From Porphyromonadaceae bacterium (GTDB lineage Bacteria > Bacteroidota > Bacteroidia > Bacteroidales > UBA12481), in assembly GCA_007280905.1 (NCBI GenBank), contig QYQM01000054.1, positions 22,107 to 86,106 of the forward strand: DNA of 64,000 bases, written 5' to 3'. A program made the translations under genes and the position numbers. Positions 57,101 to 64,000 of this stretch are shown here, in pieces. Below the pieces are notes generated by a model that worked only from the letters and a program-made list of their open reading frames with translations, had not been told where the DNA came from and made no database searches. How positions within the stretch are numbered: position 1 is the first letter of the stretch; each line of letters starts with the position of its first letter.

Positions 57101-57547
57101 TGGCGGCCCCCGACATTCTGGACCCCGATTATTCAATCAGGATTCTATGGCGATTTTGTAAGATCTGCCGTTTATATTAAATCAGGGGAAGGGGATCTTT
57201 CCGTGGAATGGCGGACCTTAATACAAAAGCCTGGCTTTTATGATGTTTATACCTACGTTAACCCGAATATTGCCCGAATGGGAATAAGGATGGGCGGAGG
57301 AGGCGGTCAGCGTCCCCAGGGTGGTGGTCAGGGCGGAATGCCTGAGATTTCCGATGAATACCATTTTACCGTTTTTCATTCGGAAGGCAAGGAGGATGTA
57401 ACCGTCGCCCTTAAAACGGCCGAAACCGGATGGAACCGGTTGGGATCATTTTATTTTGCCGCAGATACCGCAAAAGTAACGATGAACGATAAAAATACCG
57501 GCCGTACTGTTGTTGCAGACGCCGTAAAATGGGTGAAACAACAGTAG
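54104..57547 (+). CDS. ABC-2-type permease fused to an ~880-aa extracytoplasmic region (no zinc motif) ending in a golvesin C-terminal-like domain interrupted by poly-Gly tracts
   Basis: ATG at 54104, 2 nt after the ATPase stop. About 6 TM segments in the first 270 aa. No HExxH anywhere. The C-terminus GFYDVYTYVNP...EYHFTVFHSEGKEDVTV...GWNRLGSFYF...VVADAVKWV matches the golvesin-like domain. Gly-rich tracts: GGRGGMGGGRGAGGGGGMRGG and GGGGGQRPQGGGQGG. Confidence 0.7.
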   Translation: MKTIRTIGTIAWFEMLILFRSWFFRIFGGLILLVLFGINFNILNDNGGNWAVKGIPANIPYFNILILSLTQAFIAMFLALDFLKRDKKLDTSEVIFTRSMTNWAYVWGKTIGILTVFMVLNILVLILALIINLVMGDLTVNWMAYLYYPLIISLPSLIFILGLSFMVMSVFKNQAIALVILLGYTGMVMFFGKDKFDFIFDFMGFRLPLVHSDMIGFGFEGKLLIQRGIYFLLGLSFISGSILLMKRLPQSKLHTSVTWVMTIILAVAGVSGIIAYTGSTVRDLHFRTAMIALDDTNYKAPALNLDACNLLIKHHGRTISVTAKMTLSNQTHESISKTVFSLNPGLTLEELMISGAKTTFERKDHLVFVTLPAELAAGQGIQAEFVYKGSIDERVCNLDIKEEQAAEKWGPDFLISIRKRFAILEPEYVLLTPESAWYPRPGVLHGSTISILPTWNFTKFTATVDTKNGLQPIMQGKIENAGNSWVFTPENPLPGMTLIIGPYKPMTLTADGVDFELNVIKNHDYFSAVLDSISDTLPKFVGDMKQDLERRLGLKYAYPRLRLIEVPVQFYAYSRLWVKHRDFLQPEMILFPEMGSMLTRAGFGQELRQTVKRSKQNEESLTEKEIQLRVLRNFISDNFMPGSSDNRIRLNMGGQVTLVDTDKKFSLFPNFFTFVNHLGSDQYPILNTAIEAYLSNTGDPQMYGFGMGTSGLSPVEQANMELQKKSFKKLLSTEMDNLALRQVIDSKGKYFFTYLEAVAGSVDFMPFILDEISKTCYQTIDFVRFADDFKNKFGFNADSLAAKWYVNDQLPGYLIGHVRVIEVQQDDRTRYQLLFDVSNPSRESGLLQITLRAGGRGGMGGGRGAGGGGGMRGGASFALAGRNAATDKFLVIPAGQALQVGYVLDEQPRAMSVNTMISTNLPNNISYPFPKLEQIKGFEPIEGQKSITLILTMSEPGEIVVDNEDIGFSTMGAATVSRMVKWLRINKKNPDVPYESMRTWRPPTFWTPIIQSGFYGDFVRSAVYIKSGEGDLSVEWRTLIQKPGFYDVYTYVNPNIARMGIRMGGGGGQRPQGGGQGGMPEISDEYHFTVFHSEGKEDVTVALKTAETGWNRLGSFYFAADTAKVTMNDKNTGRTVVADAVKWVKQQ

Positions 57548-57565
57548 GGACGCATAATTGCGTCC
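57548..57565 (+). terminator. Short hairpin directly after the permease-fusion stop (weak terminator/attenuator candidate)
   Basis: ggacgca-taat-tgcgtcc; no T-run follows. Confidence 0.3.
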
Positions 57566-57566
57566 T

Positions 57567-57616
57567 GGCAGTAGGCAGTGGGCAAAATGAAGTTTATAGT
57601 TTGAAGTTTGAAACAA
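57567..57616 (+). repeat. Two back-to-back heptamer word arrays (GGCAGTR x2-3, then GAAGTTT/ATAGTTT x3-4) in the TolC leader
   Basis: ggcagta ggcagtg ggcaaaa (t) gaagttt atagttt gaagttt gaaacaa, ending 11 nt before the ATG at 57628. Confidence 0.7.
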
Positions 57617-57627
57617 CCTTAATAATT

Positions 57628-59106
57628 ATGAATAAGAAAGCAGTTTTATTTGCCCTTTTATTTGGCCTGGCATTCTCAGGATCTTTATGGGCGCAGCAAC
57701 TGGTTAAGTTGCAGGATGCATTGCTGATCGCATCAAAAAATAGTCCGGATATCAAAATAGTACAGTTAAACCTGGTACAAACACAGCAATTGCTAATGGC
57801 TACGGAAGCTTCATATAAAGCAAATTTCAGGGTCAATTTAAATCCGATCACCTATAGTAACGACCGGGTTTTCTATGCTCTTGACAATCAGTTCTATACT
57901 ACCAAGAATTTGAAAAGTTCGGGTAATTTTAATATTTCCCAGAGGCTCCCATGGACCGATGGAACTGTCTCTTTGACGAATACATTATTTTGGCAGCAAA
58001 GCAGTATTGAGAAGTACGCAAACACCACAAGTAAATTCAATAATAATGTCAGATTGCAGTTTGACCAGCCCCTGTTTACCTATAATCGTATGAAGCTGGA
58101 ATTGAATTCGTTGCAATTGTCATTTGAGAATTCCCAACTCAGTTATAACATCCAGATGCTCCAGTTGGAACGATCAGTTACTCAGCAGTTTTATGCCGTT
58201 TACAACCAGCAGATGCGACTGCAGATCACGCTGGAGGAATATAATAATCAGAAAACCAATTATGAGATTATAAAGAATAAGGTTGAAGGAGGTTTGTCGA
58301 GACTCGAAGAGCTTTACCAGGCTGAGTTAAACCTGGCTTCCAGTAAATCATCCTGGGAAAATACTAAGGTTTCGCTGGATAATGCTAAGGATAATTTCAA
58401 GATACTGATTGGCATGGATATTTTCAACGAAGTGAATGTGCTGGCTGATCCGGTCGTTGATTCGGTGCCGGTTGATCTTGATCAGGCCATCAAATTTGCC
58501 CTGGAAAACCGGATGGAATTGAGGCAACGGCAGATCAGCATTGAAAATGCCAAATCCAGCCTGACTCAAACCATGGCCTTCAATGAATTTGCCGGAAACC
58601 TTTCTCTTTCGGTAGGCCTCCTCGGGGATAATGAGAATTTTGGACATATTTTTACGGCTCCGACTGATAATGAACAAATTGCTTTGAGTTTGCAAATTCC
58701 GATCTTCGACTGGGGTGAACGCAAAGCCAGGATCAAAGCTTCACAAACGGGTATTGAAACTCAGCAGATAAACTATGATGATCAACGAAATACGATTATC
58801 CAGACTGTGAGACAAACCTACCGGAATCTGCAAAACCTGTTGAACCAGATTACCATTGCCGGGCAAAACGTGCGCAATGCACAGCTTACTTACGATATCA
58901 ATAATGAGCGTTATATAAACGGCGATTTAACCGGTATGGACCTTAACCTTTTCCAGAATCAGCTTTCTTCCAAGAAACTTGATCTGATTAATGCTCAGAT
59001 CAATTATAAGCTCGAAATTCTTAATATGAAAATTCAAACCTTATATGATTGGGAAACCAAAACATCCATAGTACCAACCGAATTTAAAAAAAATAAACTG
59101 ATATGA
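57628..59106 (+). CDS. TolC-family outer-membrane efflux protein
   Basis: ATG at 57628 gives signal peptide MNKKAVLFALLFGLAFSGSLWAQ. Two-repeat coiled-coil/beta-barrel pattern typical of OMF proteins. Confidence 0.85.
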   Translation: MNKKAVLFALLFGLAFSGSLWAQQLVKLQDALLIASKNSPDIKIVQLNLVQTQQLLMATEASYKANFRVNLNPITYSNDRVFYALDNQFYTTKNLKSSGNFNISQRLPWTDGTVSLTNTLFWQQSSIEKYANTTSKFNNNVRLQFDQPLFTYNRMKLELNSLQLSFENSQLSYNIQMLQLERSVTQQFYAVYNQQMRLQITLEEYNNQKTNYEIIKNKVEGGLSRLEELYQAELNLASSKSSWENTKVSLDNAKDNFKILIGMDIFNEVNVLADPVVDSVPVDLDQAIKFALENRMELRQRQISIENAKSSLTQTMAFNEFAGNLSLSVGLLGDNENFGHIFTAPTDNEQIALSLQIPIFDWGERKARIKASQTGIETQQINYDDQRNTIIQTVRQTYRNLQNLLNQITIAGQNVRNAQLTYDINNERYINGDLTGMDLNLFQNQLSSKKLDLINAQINYKLEILNMKIQTLYDWETKTSIVPTEFKKNKLI

Positions 59107-60173
59107 AATCCCACCGAAACTCCCTGATTACCTTCCTGTTTTCCGGATTCGCCATACTAGCGGTTAACGGTTGTAAGAACCAGCAAACGGATGCTGAAAC
59201 TGAAATCGCTGTACCAGTGTCTGTGCTTGACATCCGGCCTTCTTCAATTGAAGAATTTATTGAGACCAACGGAACCGTTTATCCTACGCGTGAGGTTGAG
59301 TTAAAATCCGAGATGTCCGGGAAGTATCTGTTGCAGAACAATCCACGCACCGGACGGCCCTGGTCGCTGGGCGACAGGGTTTCTACCGGCAACGTAATTG
59401 TTAAGTTTGAAGATGCAGAATATGTTAATGGTATTCAGATTGATTCAAAAAAGCTCAATCTCGATGTATCCGAGAATGAATATGAAAAACAAAAATCTCT
59501 CTATGATAAAGGGGGCGCCACACTTCGTGAGCTCAAAACATCTGAGTCAACGTTAATAAACGCCAGGTATACCCATGCTGCAGCCGAGTTGCAAATGGCT
59601 AAGATGGTGGTAAAGGCCCCATTCGACGGTGTGATCGTCGACCTGCCATTTTACACTTCCGGTAATAAACTGACTACCGGGCAATCTCTGGTCAAGATAA
59701 TGGATTACAGGAAATTGTACATGGAATTTCAACTGCCGGAGAAGGATCTGATACATATATCTGTAAACCAGAAGGTAAGAGTACTTAATTATGCCTTGCC
59801 TGATGACACATTGTATGGGTTGATCAGTCAGCTGTCTCCCGCTATCAGCCCGGATACCCGGAATTTCAAAGGGTCCCTGACCATCCTCAACGATGATCTG
59901 AAATTGCGGCCGGGAAGTTATATCAAGGCAGAAATTATTACTCAGAAAAAAGACAGTACTATCGTAATTCCAAAAAGTATTATCGTTTCACGCCAGCGTG
60001 GAAAAACCGTTTTCGTTATCGATCAGAATACTGCAATGGAAAGGGTAATAACGACTGGTTTGGAGAATCCCGATTCGGTTGAGGTTATTAAAGGTTTGCA
60101 GAAAAATGAGCGGGTTGTGATTGAAGGTTTTGAAACCCTCGGAAACCGTTCAAAAGTTAAAATCGTCCGTTAG
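59103..60173 (+). CDS. Efflux RND transporter periplasmic adaptor (MFP) lipoprotein
   Basis: Lipobox LAVNGC. Biotinyl-lipoyl-like and hairpin segments (VKAPFDGVIVDL). ATGA overlap with the TolC gene. Confidence 0.88.
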   Translation: MKSHRNSLITFLFSGFAILAVNGCKNQQTDAETEIAVPVSVLDIRPSSIEEFIETNGTVYPTREVELKSEMSGKYLLQNNPRTGRPWSLGDRVSTGNVIVKFEDAEYVNGIQIDSKKLNLDVSENEYEKQKSLYDKGGATLRELKTSESTLINARYTHAAAELQMAKMVVKAPFDGVIVDLPFYTSGNKLTTGQSLVKIMDYRKLYMEFQLPEKDLIHISVNQKVRVLNYALPDDTLYGLISQLSPAISPDTRNFKGSLTILNDDLKLRPGSYIKAEIITQKKDSTIVIPKSIIVSRQRGKTVFVIDQNTAMERVITTGLENPDSVEVIKGLQKNERVVIEGFETLGNRSKVKIVR

Positions 60174-60193
60174 TCGGGCATATCCTAATTATC

Positions 60194-63100
60194 ATGAGAA
60201 AGATTACCGAGTTTTCAGTCAGATACCCGGTCACAGTTACCATGTTTATCCTGGCAGTAGTTCTGCTGGGATACATTTCCTTTGGTAAATTGGGTACGGA
60301 TCTGTTTCCGAAGCTGAACAATCCGAGGATCTATGTGGAGATCAAGGCGGGTGAGCGTCCTCCTGAAGAGGTTGAGAAATTGTTTGTGGATCCGATCGAA
60401 TCTGTATGTATCAGGCAAAGCCAGGTTACCGGAGTTACCTCTGTGACCCGGGTTGGTACCTCACAGATCACAGTTGAATATGCCTGGAACAAGGATATGG
60501 ACGATGCCTTTCTGGAACTTCAGAAATCTCTCGGCACTTATTCCCAGAATACTGATATCACCTCACTTACGATAACCCAGCATGATCCGAATCAATCGCC
60601 GGTTATGCTCGTGGCTATGCGCCATGAAACAATGGTCGACATGGATGAACTCCGGCAGATTGGTGAAAACTATCTCCGCAATGAGCTGGTCAGGCTCGAG
60701 GGTGTTGCCGATGTTCAGATGGAAGGCCAGGAACAGAAAGAGGTTCTGATCAGTACGAACCCTTATCTGCTTAATGCATTTGGGATTACAACCGCCGAGA
60801 TTACTTCTCAGATTACCAATTATAACCGGAATGTTTCAGGGGGATCCATCGTTGAGATGGGCACTCAGTATGTAATTAAAGGAGTTAGCGTTTTCGAGAA
60901 TCTCAACGATATTTCACAGCTTATCGTTGGATTTAAACAGGCCACCGCTGTTACAACCGGAACAACTACTACATCGGCTGCCGGAACCCGGGTTCCTGTT
61001 TTTCTGCAAGACGTAGCAAAAGTTGAATTCAAAAATAAGGAACCGGATAATATTGTCAGGGTTAACGGAGAACGCGCGATCGGCCTGGCTATTTTTAAAG
61101 AGCCTGGTTTTAATACGGTAAAAGCAGTTGAACAACTCAAAGAGGAGTTTGTAAAACTCCAGAAATCACTGCCGGGATACACCTTCGATATAATCCAGGA
61201 TCAGGGGACCTTTATATCAACCGCAATCAATGAAGTGGAATCCACTGCTTTACTTGGGATTGCTCTGGCTGTCTTTATCCTGTTCGTTTTCCTTCGCAGG
61301 ATCGGTACAACCCTGATTGCCAGCGTTGCCATTCCTATTTCCATTATTGCAACCTTCAATCTGATGTATTTTAATGGATTGACTTTAAATATAATGACCC
61401 TTGGAGGACTTGCCCTTGGGGCAGGAATGCTGGTGGATAATGCCATTGTGGTTCTTGAGAATATTTTCAGGAACCTGGAGCGGGGTATGACCATCAAAGA
61501 GGCGGCGATAACCGGAACTTCGCAGGTTGGCGGAGCCATTACTGCTTCTACTTTAACCACCATCGTGGTATTTCTTCCGATCGTTTATCTCCATGGAGCA
61601 TCCGGCGAATTGTTTAAAGACCAGGCCTGGACAGTTGCGTTTTCACTGATGTGTTCATTGGTAGTTGCCATATTGGTTATCCCGATGTTGTTTGCACGGT
61701 TCATAAAGCCGGTGAGTGCAGCCAAGCAGGTAAAAGCTATCGGCTTTACATGGTATCCGGCTGTTCTGGATAAATTTTTACAGTTCAAATGGTTGATTAT
61801 TCCCATCTCACTGATTCTTATGGGTGTGGCAGCCATGCTGATCAAACCGATCGGCAGCGAATTCATGCCGAGAACCGAAGCTAAAGAATTTACTATTGAA
61901 GTAAGGTTACCCGAGGGTACCCAGTTGGTTCGTACGGATCAGGCTGTAAAAACGCTTGAAGAGATGATCCGCGAATTGCTGGGGAAGGATCTAAAAAATC
62001 TGTACGCCAGGGTTGGCCCTTCCGCTGGTGCTTCTACCGATAAATCCATTTTTGAAAATGAAAATACAGCTTCCATAAAGATTTCCCTCACATTGAAGGC
62101 ACATCGGAGCAGTGATGTTTTACTGGCTGACCTTGGAAAACTTTTCGCTTCAATGCCTGAGATTGAATTCAGCTTTGTGCAGGATGAAACCGCCCTTCAG
62201 GCTACTCTCGGAACCGATGAGGCACCGGTATTGGTTGAGGTCGTTGGTAAGGACTTCGACCAGATTGAACGCCTGACCGGTGAAGTGGAAACAATCATGC
62301 AGGGGAATACCGATCTGTTTAATATCGAATCGTCCATACAGCCCGGAGCACCGGAAGTGGAACTGGTTATCGACCGTTACCGCGCCGGAATGTACAACAT
62401 AACCATCGATCAGATAACCAGTCAGGTTACTCAATTATTGACGGGTACTTCAGCCGGTAAGTTTGATTACAAAGGTGAGATGACGGAAATCCGCCTGAAA
62501 TTGCCGGATGTGGATGTTAGTCAGTTGCAGGATATCGCACTGAAAGTGGGATCCAATACCATCAGGCTCGGTGATGTTGCCAATATCCGTGAAGTCACAG
62601 CTCCAAAGGAAATCCTGCGTACTAACCAGAACCGGGTCGGTCAGATTTCCGCACAGCTGAAAAAGGGTAAACCTGTTGATCAGGTAATCAAGAATCTTGA
62701 TCAGAATCTTAAGAAGGTTGTTCTGCCTCCGGGATACACCATTCGCCAGGCCGGGGAGGAGCTGAAGCGCAAGGAGTCGATGAAAAACCTCGGTTTTGCA
62801 TTGATCCTGTCGCTGGTTCTGGTTTATATGGTACTCGCCTCACAATTCGAATCTTTGGTTCATCCATTCACCATCATGCTCACTATCCCGCTTGCGGGAG
62901 TTGGAACCGTGCTCCTCTTCTTTTTCCTGGGGATGTCTTTTAACATGATGGCTTATATCGGCATCATAATGCTGGCGGGAATTGCGGTAAATAATGCCAT
63001 AATCCTGGTGGATGCTATTAATCATCTGAGATTGAATGGATTGAACAGGCATGATGCTATTTTACAGGCAGGTCTCCAAAGGATCAGACCGATCCTGATG

Positions 63101-63304
63101 ACCAGTCTGACTACTATTTTGGGATTATTGCCGATGACGATCGGGTTTGGACAAAGTGTTTCGCTGAGAGCGCCGATGGCTCTTGCCGTGATTGGCGGTT
63201 TGGTAACCAGCACTCTCCTTACCCTGATAGTGATTCCTTGCTTTTATGATGTCCTCGACCGACTGACTTCAGGGAAAAAATATTCCAACGCACCAATTAG
63301 CTAA
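60194..63304 (+). CDS. Efflux RND transporter permease (AcrB/CzcA family), copy 1
   Basis: 1036 aa. 12-TM/two-large-loop architecture. MRKITEFSVRYPVTVTMFILAVVLLG..., LGGLALGAGMLVDNAIVVLENI. Confidence 0.92.
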   Translation: MRKITEFSVRYPVTVTMFILAVVLLGYISFGKLGTDLFPKLNNPRIYVEIKAGERPPEEVEKLFVDPIESVCIRQSQVTGVTSVTRVGTSQITVEYAWNKDMDDAFLELQKSLGTYSQNTDITSLTITQHDPNQSPVMLVAMRHETMVDMDELRQIGENYLRNELVRLEGVADVQMEGQEQKEVLISTNPYLLNAFGITTAEITSQITNYNRNVSGGSIVEMGTQYVIKGVSVFENLNDISQLIVGFKQATAVTTGTTTTSAAGTRVPVFLQDVAKVEFKNKEPDNIVRVNGERAIGLAIFKEPGFNTVKAVEQLKEEFVKLQKSLPGYTFDIIQDQGTFISTAINEVESTALLGIALAVFILFVFLRRIGTTLIASVAIPISIIATFNLMYFNGLTLNIMTLGGLALGAGMLVDNAIVVLENIFRNLERGMTIKEAAITGTSQVGGAITASTLTTIVVFLPIVYLHGASGELFKDQAWTVAFSLMCSLVVAILVIPMLFARFIKPVSAAKQVKAIGFTWYPAVLDKFLQFKWLIIPISLILMGVAAMLIKPIGSEFMPRTEAKEFTIEVRLPEGTQLVRTDQAVKTLEEMIRELLGKDLKNLYARVGPSAGASTDKSIFENENTASIKISLTLKAHRSSDVLLADLGKLFASMPEIEFSFVQDETALQATLGTDEAPVLVEVVGKDFDQIERLTGEVETIMQGNTDLFNIESSIQPGAPEVELVIDRYRAGMYNITIDQITSQVTQLLTGTSAGKFDYKGEMTEIRLKLPDVDVSQLQDIALKVGSNTIRLGDVANIREVTAPKEILRTNQNRVGQISAQLKKGKPVDQVIKNLDQNLKKVVLPPGYTIRQAGEELKRKESMKNLGFALILSLVLVYMVLASQFESLVHPFTIMLTIPLAGVGTVLLFFFLGMSFNMMAYIGIIMLAGIAVNNAIILVDAINHLRLNGLNRHDAILQAGLQRIRPILMTSLTTILGLLPMTIGFGQSVSLRAPMALAVIGGLVTSTLLTLIVIPCFYDVLDRLTSGKKYSNAPIS

Positions 63305-63316
63305 GGAGAAAACCAG

Positions 63317-64000
63317 ATGAGGATGATTGTAACACGGAAGGTTCTGATCTCGATGATTTTTCTCGGGCTAACGATACTTGGAATAGTATCTTACCGTCAG
63401 CTAAAGATCGAACTCTTCCCGAATGCAGAGATGCCGTACCTTGTGGTGCAGGTGTTCTCCCAGACTGAGGTTGACCCCGGCTACATGGAAAAGCAGGCTG
63501 TGATCCCGCTGGAAGGCGCAGTGGGCGGACTTCCCGGAATCAAGGAGCTTACTTCCACCGCATCGCAGCGAAGAGGAACCATTACTGTTGCTTATGAGCC
63601 CAAAACGAACCTGAAATATGCCCAGCTCAAATTGCAGGAACGGATAGATGAAGTGAAGGCCACTTTGCCAACCGAATTCACCGTCACGGTTCTGAAAGTT
63701 GATTTGCAGCAGGCAGCAAACCAGGTTATGGCTTTGGAAGTCAGGGGATCAGGAGGGGCAAATCGCATTCGCCAGATTACTGACGAGAAAATAACGCCGC
63801 GACTTGAAAATGTTGATGGAATTGCCGGTGTTACTGTATTCGGAGGGCAGGAGAAAACCCTTGAAATTACCCTCAACAAGGATGCCTGTGAAGCCTATGG
63901 CATCACTCCTTTTCAGGTGCGGAATGCAATTGCTCAGAATGGCCGCGACCGGACCTTTGCAGGCCGCGCCTTCTCTGGAAACAAAATGTATTTCGTCCAT
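63317..64000 (+). CDS. Efflux RND transporter permease, copy 2 (N-terminal 228 aa; continues beyond window)
   Basis: ATG at 63317, frame open to the window end. MRMIVTRKVLISMIFLGLTILGIVSYRQLKIELFPNAEMPYLVVQV... Not in the ORF track because no stop falls inside the window. Confidence 0.85.
   Translation, partial: MRMIVTRKVLISMIFLGLTILGIVSYRQLKIELFPNAEMPYLVVQVFSQTEVDPGYMEKQAVIPLEGAVGGLPGIKELTSTASQRRGTITVAYEPKTNLKYAQLKLQERIDEVKATLPTEFTVTVLKVDLQQAANQVMALEVRGSGGANRIRQITDEKITPRLENVDGIAGVTVFGGQEKTLEITLNKDACEAYGITPFQVRNAIAQNGRDRTFAGRAFSGNKMYFVH

Overview
The window is a chromosomal segment of a Bacteroidota-type genome. Evidence for that placement: type III glutamine synthetase, several T9SS C-terminal sorting domains, TAnnTTTG -7 promoter boxes, no Shine-Dalgarno sequences, and many lipoproteins. 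It is densely coding, with about 50 CDS. Most genes are housekeeping: glnN, a purM-like gene, prfA, pyrF, rpsO-pnp, sucC, elbB, pcm, gcvP, ddl, rluD, rsmG, tgt, an lptF/G-family gene, and rpmH (52 aa, missed by the ORF track). No rRNA, tRNA, CRISPR array, transposase or integrase was seen. Four accessory or unusual regions stand out. (1) A five-gene, same-strand lipoprotein island (10441-14814) holds two diverged inhibitory-type serpins. They are bracketed by two paralogous small 8-Cys lipoproteins of a family I do not recognise, followed by a third Cys-containing lipoprotein. This is my best candidate for an undescribed protease-control module. (2) An envelope/export locus (51587-64000) starts with an ECF sigma/anti-sigma pair and a palindromic pair of divergent ECF-type promoters. 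It continues with a DUF6249-like gene, an ABC ATPase, a 1147-aa ABC-2 permease fused to a large ectodomain with poly-Gly tracts, and then TolC-MFP-RND-RND. (3) Many intergenic regions consist of period-7 or period-8 tandem word arrays. Some occur as inverted array pairs that start on stop codons. One word family (YGATAAC) sits in three 5' leaders and once, inverted, inside a metalloprotease CDS. (4) Smaller oddities include a BlaR1-like sensor collapsed by an in-frame deletion, an RG-rich PNPase tail, and T9SS cargo genes including an M43-like metzincin and an LruC-domain lipoprotein. All functional calls rest on motif recognition in the translations; no database search was possible.
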